Below are positions 25,001 to 38,460 of a DNA stretch of 64,000 nucleotides, in pieces. Under the pieces are notes generated by a model, which saw only the letters and a list, made by a program, of their open reading frames with translations, was not told the origin of the DNA and ran no database searches. A program made the position numbers and the translations under genes. Numbering within the stretch: position 1 is the stretch's first letter; each line of letters starts with the position of its first letter. Source of the stretch: Intoshia linei (Eukaryota; Animalia; Orthonectida); contig LWCA01000023.1 of the NCBI GenBank assembly GCA_001642005.1, positions 1-64,000 on the forward strand, in the 5' to 3' direction.

Positions 25001-26631
25001 TAATTTTTAAAAAAAATTCCCTTAATCCTGAACACGTCACTAAGATAATATTTTTGATTATATATTCCTCTTTAAATCAAAAATTTTACATTAATTTAAC
25101 AAACTAGCTTCAATGCCGTAATTAAAAAAATTCTTAATTTCAAACATACTTATGGCGAACTACCAGTGCCGTATGCGAGATCCTTCCACCGAGGGATCTC
25201 GACGAAATTTTTTATAAAATGGAGGCTTAAATTGAGCATTAAAAAATTCCTGAATATCAACTAATTTGCGTGTTAAATTTAAAATATCAACTCAAGAGTC
25301 TTAGAAAGGTGGATAAAATTATATGACATTATCATTCGTTTACAAAATTTTTTAATGGGCTATTTTTCATTTTTGAAGTGGCGACGGGCTTGCTAGGTTC
25401 GATTCCAGAAACTACAATCGAACTAAGTTAAATTGCTACATAGATTAAATTTAACGCATGTGAAAATTATTCACGTTATTCAGTAAATTTTCACTTCATT
25501 TTGATTAAATGGTGTTTACGTTCACTAATGATAATAATAAATGATCAATACAATTCTAATTTATTATTATTATTGTTAAAAAAAGGTTATCTTTATTTTA
25601 TTTAAATTTTTTTGTGGACCACCTATAGTTTCCTGTGGACCACTTTGGAAACCACTGGTGTAGACGTTCAATGGACATTTTTTTTGAAATTGTTGGATCA
25701 ATATTTACATTTTCAATTTTAATATTAATCGAAATATTTAAAAAATAATGAATGAAAATATATTTAAAATTATTTTTCACCGGGAATGCATAGATTTCTG
25801 GGGTTGAAATTTTGTATTTATATTAACTGAAATAAGCTCTATCAGATTAATCTTTTTTTTTTAATTTTCAGACTGTTAATTATTTCACATTTTGTTAATA
25901 AAATATTTAAGTAATGACCATTAAAAGCAGCTCCAATTAGACAATATAAATTACAATTTTGATGCAAAATTCTTCATAATTTTTGAGTAAATCTTTGGCA
26001 TATGCAGTGTAACGCTGTAATTCTTCAGGAGCCAAATATTCCACACTGGTCACTGAACCACTATCGATTCGGTTCTCATCCGATTTAGTGTAATTTATAG
26101 CATTATAATCACATTGAAATGTTTGATTATTCAAAGTATACAAAACGACGTCACGGTACTAAAATTAAATGACTGATAAACAAGTTGAACAAAAATCGAC
26201 ATCCTCGACATAAGAATTATATTTAGCCTGATTGGCTTAGTTTAAGGCTTAGACTAAGCCTTAACCAAAAAATTTCATCAAATACAAAAATTCAAGGCTC
26301 AACAATCATAGCTTATACAAATTAATTTGTCTACAAAATTAACTATAATTTCAAATTAAATTATCTACAAAATTAACTATAATTTAAAAATAAATTTCCT
26401 CGTTTTATCACATTAAATAATTACATTGGTAAGTTCTTGTGTCAATTTTTTTCGATAAAATGTAACCGTCTTGTTAGCAACGACGTAAGGCTCAAAACTC
26501 AAGCCATATGAAGGTAAATGTTTTTCAAATAAACTTGCCTTAAATTTATGTACAAATTTGACATTATCGGTCAGGAATGCTCGGTAATATGTTAAAAAAA
26601 ATACAATCAACGTATAAGCTAAAATGTTCAT
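16097..26631 (-). CDS. OS9: OS-9-like ER lectin (MRH domain), multi-exon with a 6.3-kb intron (18266-24546)
   Basis: Signal peptide at 26631; exon DVVLYTLNNQTFQC...DLLKNYEEFCIKI; exon 24547-24610 TESWWTYNFCYNKKIVQYHEE; then YIIGKYC...RSTVVK, MC...EENICNY...TKDLCSH and ISCRPLL; stop TAG at 16097. Confidence 0.85.
19150..19643 (+). CDS. Stand-alone TAZ1-type zinc-finger protein (about 164 aa) with a 1-nt frameshift at ~19392; nested antisense in the OS-9 intron
   Basis: Adding one T (GCTTAATT to GCT TTA ATT) joins ORFs 19135-19395 and 19425-19643 into RKVYNDRLALILHVIKC...CEIRFC...HIQDC...CKIPHC...SHVTDC...CLRCEPL, which matches CBP TAZ1 spacing. Confidence 0.75.
19850..20780 (+). pseudogene. 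Decayed intronless ORF of unknown family
   Basis: Consecutive coding-like frames (MVSEIDNRLLGTAVKTEIRIDLFNIFPWYEIEKKFPH..., ...HLSSNIVTKILKKG..., ORF 20389-20631) broken by stops and frameshifts; less AT-rich than flanks. Confidence 0.45.
20950..20978. repeat. (TGATCAG)x4 tandem repeat
   Basis: gtgatcagtgatcagtgatcagtgatcag read directly. Confidence 0.9.
21160..21312 (+). mobile_element. Tc1/mariner-superfamily transposase fragment
   Basis: KIQLTQEIKPADHLKRR and DFLQKIIFSDKAHFHLS (first catalytic D region); cut by the hAT TIR at 21313. Confidence 0.7.
21313..22325 (+). mobile_element. hAT transposon 5' half (SPIN/GTF2IRD2/Buster-like transposase), truncated
   Basis: TIR start CAGGGACGTCCAAC; ORF with BED-like CLIC...NRHY, SLSHQTIGRRI and YSLALDESTDQSDTAQLAIFIR; premature TGA 22235-22237, then EEMLDL...KGTTTGKDI. 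Confidence 0.9.
22326..23054 (-). mobile_element. Ty3/Gypsy pol fragment (RT thumb + RNase H)
   Basis: LIGLCNYHSRF, LKTDASNNGVGAILS, RRYSVFKKELYA, MRWLLCLEEF...YRSGDKNLSADFLSR. Confidence 0.9.
23590..23686 (-). mobile_element. Helitron-like 5'-end fragment
   Basis: ...GCGTAGCATATTATATAAGTTAGGAT, the same terminus as at 1051 and 46862. Confidence 0.7.
23759..24500 (-). pseudogene. Second decayed intronless ORF of unknown family
   Basis: Minus frame GVYHKKFPLTRLILEKTVHFLNHLRFFKENGVLCILK...*...SLLFPGIELYEEKDEKEVSEKFVPSKKLVELEKLAALFM with internal stops. Confidence 0.35.
24936..25657. mobile_element. hAT MITE inserted in a Helitron-like copy
   Basis: TIR CAGTGGTTCCCAAA / TTTGGAAACCACTG; TSD TTGTAGAC / GTGTAGAC (7 of 8). 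Confidence 0.85.
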
Positions 26632-26685
26632 TTTATTATAAATTGTAATAAAGTTTTTTTTATTTCAAAAATTTTTCTTAGGCAC

Positions 26686-29600
26686 ATGGATTTACTCCTC
26701 AATTCAAATCAATTTCAATTGATTAATGAAGTTAAACCTAAAAAGATCAAATCTGGTGGATTCCAGACTATGGGTAATCGTTTACTATTTATTTTGTTCT
26801 CGATAGAGTGTGTCACGGATTTTTGATCATTTTAGAGGCTTTAATCAATTTATATAGTTAATTTTTTTAATTAATGCCATGTTTATGTTGCTTGCAAATA
26901 ACTACATTATTCAACCAGAGTAATTTAAACGCATAAAAGTAAATCTGATGAAAGGATTAATATTTAAAATTTACGTACTTTATTACATTATTGTATTTTT
27001 ATTTTAGGTATATCATACAACCTGTTACGTGCTGTTTTAAAAAGAGGATATAAAGTTCCTACTCCAATTCAACGAAAGGTATTATTTTCTTCCAGTACCA
27101 TTTTCATTACATTATATCTAAAATTTTGACAGCTCTAATATGGTACTTTTTGTGTCCGAATTTGTTTTTTTTATTTAAATGTTCATATACTCTTAGTTTT
27201 ATTGGTATTTAATAGTTATGGCTGGTATTGAAAATTCTATGCATGTTCTATAATTATATATATTTTAGACAATTCCTGTAGTATTGAGTGGGTCTGATGT
27301 AGTGGCTATGGCTAGAACAGGTAGTGGCAAGACAGCTGCTTTCTTGATTCCAATATTTGAAAAACTTAAATGTCACAGACCTCATTTAAGTCCAAGCTGT
27401 TTAATTTTGTCGCCTACACGTGAACTTGCAATGCAAACTTTCAAGTTTTCTAAAGAGGTAAATATGGTTAATTATACTAAGGTTTTCCCTCCAATGTCTC
27501 TGATTTTGTACCCTTAACATGTATATATTAGGGTTTTTCTTAATTTAACGATTTCAGTGTCTGTTATGTACTTTGTACAAACAGTAGTTAGGTCTGCCGA
27601 AGGCTTAACTATAATTTTAAAATATATTTTTACAGTATAACTTTCTGAGGTTTTTTTCCATGGTTAAATAATGCCCATGTCCGTTACGTCCATATACCAG
27701 AAACGTTTTTCGTTAGACAATGTTGTATGCTGCAAATAAAGATTTTTTAAACACAGTCCAAGTAGAGTATTCATGACTCATCATTGATTATCACACTAAA
27801 AATATGTAGTTTTGACGGCCATATAATTTTCCATAATGATTTATTTTGAATTTAATATTATTAATATTTAGTTATCAAAATTCAGCGGAATTACTTCTGC
27901 TTTGATGGTTGGAGGAGAAGCGTTCATTATTAATTTTTTTCAAATAATTTTTTTTAGATTTGAAGATCAATTTTCAAAAATTCATTCTAATCCGGACATG
28001 TACATTTTATTTATATAAATATTTAAATTAAATTTTTGGATCCTGGAGTGGAGTCCACATGGAGCATGTTGCAAATGACTGCAGTAAAATATACTTATAT
28101 TTTCCATAATTTTTTTACCTAATTATTATTATTCGGAGAAACTTGGCCGTAAACCGTCATTTTAGAAAAACTGTTTAGAATTTAAACATTAGATCAGTGC
28201 TTCTCAAACTTTTTTGAGCATTCACCTCCTGTGACACATATTTTTGTTATATTCACATCCAATAAAACAATTATTATGACATGTCATAATTGTGTAGAAA
28301 TACACAATTAGCATTTATAAAATGTACTGAATTTGAGTACACATAACGTGATCACATCATCTTAAATTTTCATTTTTGGTTTTATGAATCTTAAATAATG
28401 CATGGTATTTGAATGTTAATTGAAATATATAACAAAAATATATGTGAAATTTAATCAAATACAAATATATATAAATATTTAATGTGAAGGGTGACATTGG
28501 TTTAATTCAGTGATTTTGTGGAAGTTAAAAGATAAGTTAGTAAGCTTTAAACGTAAATCGCCACGTTTTTCAATATTGAGACATGTTCTATGTTTTCCCA
28601 AAAGATAATTGACATGGCTAAATCGTTTTGGAATCAGATAGAGATGTTTCCGATATAAAATTTTAATAAAATTGGATTTTTCAAAAAAATATTGGTAAAA
28701 GGGGATTATTTCATTAATGGTTGGTAAAATTAGGTTTTTTGTTTTGGGATCAGATAGAGAATCTTTTATCTAAAAGTTAACTAACATTGGATTTTTCAAA
28801 AAAATATTGGTAAAATGGGATTATTTCCTTGAGGGTCTGTAAAATTGGTTTTTTCTTTTGGGATCTGATAGAGGGATTTTTTATCTAAAAGTTTGGTAAA
28901 ATTTGATTTTTAAAAAAAGATATTGGTAAAAAGGGATTTTTACTTTAGGGGTTGTAAAATTTTGTTTTTTTTACATATTTGACTAAATTGAATAAAATAT
29001 GTTAAAAATTTATCATTCATTTCCTATTCCCCCCAATCATCTAAAATTTTAGTATTCCCCCCCCCCCCCCATAAAAATATATACCCCTTGGGGTGACTAG
29101 TCACCCCCATGAGAAGCACTGCATTAGATGGATATATTTTTAATTTGTATCGTCTCAACTTTTGCAAACCCTAATAATTACACTATAACCATTAGGCCCA
29201 TAATAATAAATTTTCTGAAATTTGTAAGATGAATATTTTTATTTTATTCGGAATATTTTAAAAATATTGATTGATAATATATAATACGATTTTGAAATTG
29301 AACTTTATCATGATGTTGATGATTTTAAAATTTTCATCAGATGGTGTATTTTATATATTTCTCGGACTCGTTTGAATTTTAAAAAAATGATAATTGGATT
29401 TTGATGTTATTATGAATGTAGTTATTTTAGTTTCATTAGTATTTTAGGGGGATATGTTTGTATCACTAGGATATTATGTATTGTGACGTTTTAAATGTAT
29501 ACCAAGGCCTAAGGTCGAATATCCACTGTAGCTTATAATTATTTCAAATCTTACACACTACTTTATCACCTTTAACTTCATATTTTAACCAAATGATGCA

Positions 29601-32600
29601 TATTAATTATTTTTTAATGTGTTTAATAATTGTTTTAATTTTATTGGGAAATCATAAAATTTCTGAAAAGCACAATCGCTACTTTTGACCAGGGATTGGA
29701 AATAATTAATTGTTTGCTAAATATTAATTATTTAATTAACTGATTTTTTTGCAATTAATTGAAAAATGAGAAGATAATTTTCAATTAATTGGTTTTTTAT
29801 ATAACTGAAAAAATTAATTAAATTTTAATATGTAGTTCAAAAATTAAATATAGTCATTATACACTTCATAGTCAACACTCGTTGTAGCGTATCACAGTCT
29901 TACCATGCTTTATTTATTTCCAAATTCGAAGAAAGAAATATAATAAATAATATGAAAATATTTTCTAAATTCTATTTTGCAAATAAGATAGTTGGACACT
30001 GTATAATAAAATATTAACAACTTTTCATTATTCTATGCAATTTTAGAACAATAGAACAAACAATTAATTGATTATTTTTACCAATTAATTCCAATCCCTG
30101 CTTGTGACACTTTAATAACCACATTTTAGCTCTATTTGATTTCTTTTGTGACCACAAACGAATGGTTAATTTGATGATTTTCTAATGTTTATTTTATTAG
30201 AATTATAGCCACACCTGGTCGATTTTTGCATATTTTAGAAGAAACAAAGTTAAAATTGGATAATTTATCAATGATGGTTTTTGACGAAGCGGACAGGTAA
30301 ATTACCATTTAAAATTTTTGACTGGTTTAATTAACATTTAATTTTATGTAGACTATTTGAAATGGGATTTGCAGAACAAATGAACGCAATAATGTCAAAA
30401 TTGCCTCCAAATAGACAAACAATGTTATTTTCGGCGACTCTACCGAAACAACTAATTGAATTTACTAAAGCTGGTCTAATGAAACCAGTATTGATTAGAT
30501 TAGATGTCGATAATAAAATTAGTCCAAATTTAAATGTACACATTATATTTTAACATTTAAACCAGTGGTAGTCTATCTTTTTTCTGGTTCCCTTAATATT
30601 CTCAGAATTTTTGATGTACCCTAAATATACACCATATAACTAAGCATACATTTTATTGAAATTGATTCTTATGAACCAATTTAAGGACTGATTTAAATTG
30701 TTTTGCAATTAATTTATAATCGGATCAATTTTAAGAAATTACGTAAAAAAATGTTAATTTAACAATTTTTGTACTTGTTTCAGAAATGTTTCTTATTAGT
30801 AAACAGATTAAAGTATTTTTAAAACTGAAAAAATTGAGAACTTTTTAGTAATTTATACGTAATATCCGGTTTTATTTAGATTGCTTTTGTGAGTTTGAGG
30901 CAACATGAAAAAATGCCGTTAGTAGTCAAATTTGTCACTGATTATATTAAAGATAATAAACAAACTCTGGTTTTTGTTCCAACGAAACATCACGTCGATT
31001 TATATTATAATGTAAATATATTTTTTTTATATTTTTTTAAAATTTTTATATTTTAGCTCTTAATTTCGTACAAAATTGATGCAGCCTATTGTTACAGTTC
31101 TATGGACTCTGAAGAGAGACAAATTAACGTGTCAAAATTTAGAGATCGAAAAGTTTTGGTGATGGTTGTTACTGACATTGCTGCCCGTGGGATAGATTTG
31201 CCACTTTTGGATAATGTAATTAATGTCAATTTTCCAGCTAAACCAAAACTGTTTGTACATAGAGTTGGTATGCTTAATTTTATATTTCAGTGAAACTTGT
31301 AAAAGAGTTTTTTATTTTTTCATGTTATTGTAATTTTTAGTGCATTTCTGTATTAGTATTTTAGGTCGTGTAGCTAGGGCAGGAAAGTCTGGTAATGCAA
31401 TCTCTTTAATTTATAATGAAGAATTGCCATATTTGCTTGATTTGTTGTTATTTTTAAATAAAGAAATTAAATTTGCTAATAATGATTCAGAATGTCATGA
31501 ATCTGGTAAATTTTGTATAGTCAAATGTATAAATTGTATTTAGAATTGATTGGTTGTATCAACTCTACCAGTATTCAACACTATGGTGGTCGAATCGATC
31601 AATTTCTTAATAATGAAACTAATGTAATTTTTTCATCATAAATAATATATTTTTGTAATATTAATTGGTTGATGTATTTCTGTTGGCAGTGGACCTTATT
31701 GTGGTTACGTTGTACGATAAAATTATTTTTATCTCATAATATTTAGAAAGGTATGGTAAAATCTGCTGAAAATGCGTATGAAAGATATCGAAAAACTAAA
31801 CCGGGAGCTTCAATTGAATCAATAAGACGTGCAAAAAAATTGTGGAATTGTTGTGAATTTGTTCATCCTGTTTTCAGTAATATTATTTTTAAATAGACGT
31901 TCTTAATGCTGCGCACTTTAAATGTTATCACTTTTTGGGTTTTTTTTTATAAATTTCTCAATTTAATTTTTGTTTCGAAAGGCTGAACTTTGAACTTTGA
32001 ACGAGAATGAATTTAACAATGTTTGTAAATACTTTTTCAATTTAGACTCGTCATTAAATGACAAGGACCATATTTTGTTTACTCAACGCTTAAAGAATTA
32101 CAAATCGAAAACGGTATATAAATAGAATCGCTGTAATGACATCAAAGTGAATATGTTCGTAATAATGCGTTATTATAGTTTTTTTTACAATTTTCTGAGT
32201 TTAAAGCGATTCGTTGTATTAGAATTCTGCAACTTTATCCGAATACGCATATTAAAATTTAATTAAATGTAACAATTATTGAATAACACATTTAACTAAA
32301 TTTGATCACATTATCAAGTTCGGAGCTTCGGACCGTGTAGAATTCTAGTACACTCCGTCCAATAATTATAACAACACTATCATTTTGTTAATAGAAATTA
32401 TTTGTAGATTAAAATTTATGAAAATTGGCATGTTGGACATGCACAATGTAAGGTTGTCATATTAAAAAAAATAATTGAAAAAAAAAACAAAATTAACTAA
32501 AGTTTTTTAATAAAAACGTTAAAAGTACAAAAACACGAGTGTCCATAAGTTATAACAACACTTTTTAATTGTACTAATTAATAATAATTTTATAACAATT

Positions 32601-35163
32601 TAATTAGAACATGGGTAGAGGTTGCAAATTAAGTGATGATGAAAAAAATTCATTTTAGGAGCAGCATATGATGACAATAACATCAGGAGATCGTATAAAA
32701 ATATTGCTGATCGTTTGACTTAGCATTTTACATCAAGAAGATTGTTTGATGTAGTTCGATTATTTTTAAATGAGCCACAAGGTTATGATGAAGGCAGAAA
32801 AAGAGCTGGTGCGAAAACTAAAATGTCAGATAGGACAAAAAGAGTCATTATAAGGAAGGTAAATTCGAATCCTAATAAAGGAGTAAGAGGTGTTGCGGCG
32901 ATTATGTGCTCTAAAGGAATAAATATATTAAAATCTTCCGTTTACAATGTTATAAAGTCAAACCAAAATATCATTATTGTTAAAATTAAATCAAAGCCAA
33001 AATTACTAGCAAGACACAAGGACTCCAGAGTAAAGTGGGGGGAAAATTATCTGAAGAGTAATATAAATTCTAAAAATATTATTTGGACTAATGAAAAAAA
33101 GTTAAATCTAGATGGTCCTGATTACTACAATTATTACTGGCATGACTTACTCCATGAATTGCAGTAAAAGGTCAGTAGAAGATTTGGTGGAGGTGGTGTT
33201 ATGATATGGAGAGCTTTTTCAAGTGGTGGTATAAAATGTGTTGTCAAAGTAGATGGTAATATAAACTCTATCAAGTATCAAACAGTTATAGAGCATAATC
33301 ACATACCTCTCCTTCCTCACAACAAAAATTTAAGAAAAAATTTCATTTATTAACAAGATAATGCGAGTTTTCACAAATCTAGGTCGAAAAATTATTTTTA
33401 AATGATCATTTTTTTAACATTATGGACTGGCTTGCTGTGTCTCCAGATCTCAACTCTATAGAAAATATTTGGGGTATAATGGTTCGATGTCTCTATGGTG
33501 GAAATAAACAATATAGCAATATTATTAATATAACAAAAGCCGTAATGGATTGATGGGAGAACATTTTGGATGAAACGTTTTTAAAACTATCAGATTCTGT
33601 AAAAAATCGTGCAATCGAAGTATTAAAGGTTGGAGTAAAGTCAATTAATTATTGAAAGAAATATTCATGTAGCATATATGGTCATTATCATTAATAAACA
33701 GTTGTGTAATAATTTATGGACACTCGTGTTTTAGTATTTTTTAACGTTTTTATTAAAAAACTTTAGTTAATTTTGTTTTTTCAATTATTTTTTTTAATAT
33801 GACAACCTTACATTGGCATGTCCAGCATGCCAATTTTTATAAATTTTGATCTACAAATATAATTGTTATTAACATTGTTTCATAATAAATGTTTTTTTAT
33901 TATCCACACTTTAGACAATTTTCGAAATTAACAAACACAGAAAAGATTTAATATCTATTATGAAATCAAAAAGAGAATTACATGATTCATTGGTTCAAAA
34001 AAAGAGATTAAAGCAAGACGACCAAGTTCAATTGAACCAAACATTAACCATTAAAGCCAAAAAACCTCGCATCGACACAGAAATCACCAAACCTCAAACC
34101 GATTTTTTTATTCCATATAGACCAAAAGATTACAATTCTGAAAAGGGGTATATTTTTTTGATTTTTATTGTTAAAATTATAAATATAATTAAAAAAATTT
34201 AGTTTACAATCAAACAACTTTAATAGACAATTGCATCAAAACACTATTGATTTTATTCATGATAGCAATGAAAATACTAATAAAAATAAAAAAATTTGGT
34301 TATTTATTCATACATTTATTATTAGTATTATCACCGATGGTACGATTAGCTCTCTAATGGGGTTAGTTCACACCGATCAGAGGTCTCGTAAGTTAGGTTC
34401 TGTACTGAGTTCAGTGTTCCCAAATTTTTTTATAGTGAATCGAAAATTTCACATTAAATTTTTCGTAGACTACTTAAAATTAGTGAATATTCATTGTTTA
34501 AGAACCCTTTGTGACGGCGGGCGTGTAATTAAGTAACCGTAAATTAATTAATAAAGTTTATACTTAGTTAATCTATACGATATAAGGCATTATACGAGTC
34601 ACTGATGCAATTTACCTTGTCATAACCTTTAGATAACGGGTTGTGAGCCGTGAGTTAACCTGACTATATTCAATTCTCTGTTTTTTGCAAACCTTACATT
34701 TTAATCTTGCGTTTGAATTACTTTACCAGAAATGTTGATTGGTCGCAAATCCTGTACATTATTAAAATGGCCCGCGTACTAAAAGGTTAAGAAACATACA
34801 TAATTATACTTTATTAAATCGTCATCCTTAAAAAAATATTAAATATTTTTCTGTTTACGTAATTTATATATTTATATTGAAGGGATCGACGTAAAAAAAA
34901 ATTTGTGGGTGTAAATTCAAAAAATGATAATGTTTTGAATTCGGAAGGTGTTAAAATCAAAGCAAGTTTCATGTCAAACCGATACAAATCTTGGCTTAAG
35001 CAAAATAAAATGAGTAATTTTTAAAATATTAAATTTACATGAAATTTTAGATAAAAATTCCATCAAAAGCGAAATTAAAACACCTGAAGCTATTCTTAAA
35101 AAAAGAGAAAAGAAACAGAATGTGAAAAAACAACAAAATAAGAAAAGAAAATTAAAAAAATAA
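26686..35163 (+). CDS. DDX54: DEAD-box RNA helicase DDX54/Dbp10, multi-exon
   Basis: [99 protein letters not shown]; stop 35161-35163. Confidence 0.95.
28195..29121. mobile_element. hAT MITE
   Basis: TIR CAGTGCTTCTCA at both ends; perfect TSD CATTAGAT; internal degenerate tandem repeats; inverted partial copy from 38023. Confidence 0.9.
29690..30100. mobile_element. hAT-like MITE (CAGGGATTGGAA family)
   Basis: TIR CAGGGATTGGAA / TTCCAATCCCTG; TSD CTTTTGAC / CTTGTGAC (7 of 8); other ends at 4268 and 63965. Confidence 0.8.
32351..33875 (+). mobile_element. Tc1-family transposon with long IR/DR-type TIRs and a decayed transposase (32611 to ~33655)
   Basis: TA^CACTCCG start; 32400-32560 is inverted to 33700-33860; motifs [26 protein letters not shown] and [11 protein letters not shown] with stops and frameshifts. 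Confidence 0.9.
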
Positions 35164-35194
35164 CTGTATTAATAAATAAACAATTTATATACTT

Positions 35195-37635
35195 TTACTT
35201 TGTGTAAATTGGGTCAAACTGATAAACTTCATCATGGTGTAAATATATCAAACTATCTTCATGGTGTCCAAAAACGTTAAATATGTCTGAGGGGTCTAGA
35301 TCATCAGATTCTGTCTCTTTTTTACAACAATCTAAAATTAAATATAAATCATGTATATACACTGCTACCTGATGTGTTTGATGATTTGTGAGAATTGTGA
35401 TTTAATGGTGATATTGATTGTAAACTATTTTTTTTATCAATATCTAAATTGTTGAATTTAATTAAGTACAGTGCATGTATTTTATAAACCAGTTGCTTAA
35501 AGTGTTCACTATAACGGAACCGTGTAAGTGAAACAATAGTTTAGCGGACAGGTAAAGTGTGTCAATGTGTCAAGGTTCTCAATTTTTAACATTTTGTATT
35601 ATTTGGGACCCACACTGATCCGCGGATCGGCAGATGAAATGAATTTATTCAATAAACAATTCTCCTACATTCGTTATACTATTGTCTATATTTAAATCTA
35701 ATTTGAATCGTTTTAATATTATTTACATGTTAATACAATATAATAATTATTACAATAAAATGTAATATACGTTAATTTATGCCATCTCAAATTTAAAAAT
35801 TAACACATACGGTTATAAAATATTTAATGAATTACCCAAGGGATTATAAGATTTCGTATGTGTAACGGTATCCATGTCATCAATTTGTAAAAGAATTTGT
35901 TCTGACCCTAAATATATAAAATTAAAATTAATTTATCATTCAATACCCCGTGCATCACAAGATCGCTTCGAATAACTAGCAGGCATATAATTCTGAGCAC
36001 CATTAGTTATCTAAGTAATATTACAAAACTAAAAATATAATAAATACATCATATTTTTCTCTCAAAGCGGCAACTTTTTCAAAAGAAACCAATTGTTCCA
36101 TTTCGAGTATATACTTTCTACGTGTAGTGACTAAATTAGCCAGTGGAATATATTTTTCAAGTTCTAGAATATAAACATCCATTACATCATTAACTTTGTT
36201 CAATTCAAAATGATTCTAGATTTATACTATAAAAAGTAAATAACAACCTACGGAATGTCTGTCAAAATAATCAATAACTTTTAAAGCTTCACAGATTTCG
36301 AGGTTTTTTTGTGTTATTTTTGGAGTTTCTATTTTAGTAGGCTCTAAGCATTGTATTTCTTCCTTTACATCTTTTTCACCATCATATTTTAAATTATTAA
36401 ACACTTGGTCAATTGATTTGGCAATTTTTTTTGTTTGTTTTGTTCGCAAAACAAAACATCTATGTTGGCCAAATTTATCTGAAGCGATAAATGAAAATAT
36501 CTTCTTTACTTCCAAATATTGACAGGCAAATGACACATCTTCAATGTCTATCAATTCTTCTATTTTCTAAATTAATTTAAATTATCAAATCATTAATATA
36601 ATACACGTTTATTCAACGTATCGTAAATTATATGAATTTTAATTAATATATAAATATAACCAATCGTCTTAAATTCAAATTAAAGACATCAAATCCTACT
36701 CCTATACAGGGGTATATAATGTATATAACCTAATTTTTTTGAAATTGGACGTCATTAAAGAGAAGGCGTCACTATATAATCTTATTTTTATTTCAGTGTA
36801 ATCAAATAAAAGATCATTCTAAAAATTAAAAAGTCGGACCTCCACAATTAAAATCTGTTTGTACGAAGTACGCAACAGCCGAGCCAATATTACAATAATT
36901 ATTAATTGTTATTGAGAATAACTTAAACCTTTGTTTTATAATCCAATATTTCAATTTTTTTTTCATAAATAATCAAATCTTTCTTAGAAGCAGACATGTT
37001 TGATGTTTTGTTGATCTCGAAACTGAACTAAATTACAAATAATTATATTTATACATTTTATTTAATTTTTGGTAAAATTACAATTTGGAATTGTATACAC
37101 TACAAGTTTTCCCAGAGCGTGTTTTTATCTATTTTTCAGTTTCAGAATTTGAGCCCATTGAAAAACCAAACTTTCCCTTTTGTATAAAACAAACCAGCCC
37201 AACAATTTAATAAAACATACATTCTGGAACGCGTTTTGAAATCATTAACATTGTCGTTAATCTCAGCCTCAAAAACCCATACCTTCATGGTCAAAACTCT
37301 AAATTACCTTTGTTTTAAAAATAAAACTTCCTAAAATTTTATAAAACATACATTCAGGGATAGTTTTTAAAATCATAAGCATTAACATAAATGGAAACAT
37401 CAAAAAAGATAATTTTTACTATCAAAACACCCCAGATAAACCTTTTTTTAATGAAAACAACCCTATAATTTTTATAAACTATTTAAAAAAATTCAAAACC
37501 CCTGCAGGGGGTTTAAATTCTAACTTGTGTCAAAGTTACCATATAATATTAATGTAAACGTACCAATGCTTTTAGGTATGCATCTTCTATAACTTGTTTG
37601 CCCCTATAATCGTCGACATTGACAATTCCAATTAA
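35195..37635 (-). CDS. PTB-domain adaptor, CED-6/GULP-like; first exon(s) unresolved
   Basis: Spliced LIGIVNVDDYRGKQVIEDA...IEILDYKTK...VSFAC...KKIFSFIASD...HRCFV...IDQVF; stop TAA at 35195. Confidence 0.7.
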
Positions 37636-37764
37636 CTAAATAATTATAATATAAAACTTGTCATAAGTATAAATTAAATAACAATTAAAGTAAAAAACCC
37701 TTTATAAAATGGTGGAATGGATCAATTTCATGAAATTAAATTTACATGTACATTACATGCATAT

Positions 37765-37928
37765 TAGGGGTGTAAGTCAAAATTTTATATCAAAAGTACA
37801 CCCACTCATCTTATGAACAATTTTTGTGTCTTCAATTTGCACCTAATCTTGCTTTACAATTCTTTAAAAAAACGTTGGGGCTATGCCTTTAAAATTTTGA
37901 ACATAATATCGTTCATCGTAACTAATAT
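37765..37928 (+). mobile_element. hATm-like left end abutting an assembly N (37929)
   Basis: TAGGGGTGTAAGTCAAA..., near-identical to 56696 onward. Confidence 0.8.
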
Positions 37929-38022
37929 NTGAATTAAAATTAATCCTTAATTCACTTATATAAATTAACACCATATTTGTCATTTATCTGAATCGGAATA
38001 AATAGCAATAGTAGGATTAATG

Positions 38023-38460
38023 CAGTGCTTCTCATGGGGGTGACTGGTCACTCAAAGAGGTGAATACGAAAATTTAGATGATTGTAGGCGAATCTACAAT
38101 TTTCAACATATTTCATTAAATCATCCAATTTAATATAATCTTATGAGAAAAAACCAAAATTTTACTAACCCTTTAAGGAAGAAATCTCTTTTTACCAATA
38201 TTTTTTTAAAAATCCATTTTTACCAAAGTTTTAGAATAAAAACTACCCTATATTATTCCAAAATAAAAAACCAAATTTTACCAACCCTTAAGGAAAAAAA
38301 TCGCTTTTACCAATATTTTTATAAAAAATCCCATTTTACCAAATTTTTAGATCAATAATTTTTCTGACTGGTTCTATAAAAAAAAACCTGATTTTAAAAA
38401 AATTTGAAAAATCTCCTTTTACTACTATTTTTTTGAAAAAACATTAATTATTAATTTTTC
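38023..38460 (-). mobile_element. Partial inverted copy of MITE 28195-29121
   Basis: CAGTGCTTCTCATGGGGGTGAC terminus and the same internal repeats. Confidence 0.75.

Noticed and set aside
25937-26631. Separate secreted orphan gene
   Set aside because: It splices in frame to the WWTYNFC exon and the downstream MRH exons, so it is the 5' end of OS-9.
28600-28970. CRISPR-like periodic repeats (also 5440-5720, 715-880 and 38140-38440)
   Set aside because: These are degenerate tandem subrepeats inside MITEs or Helitrons with no unique spacers and no cas genes, in a eukaryotic context.
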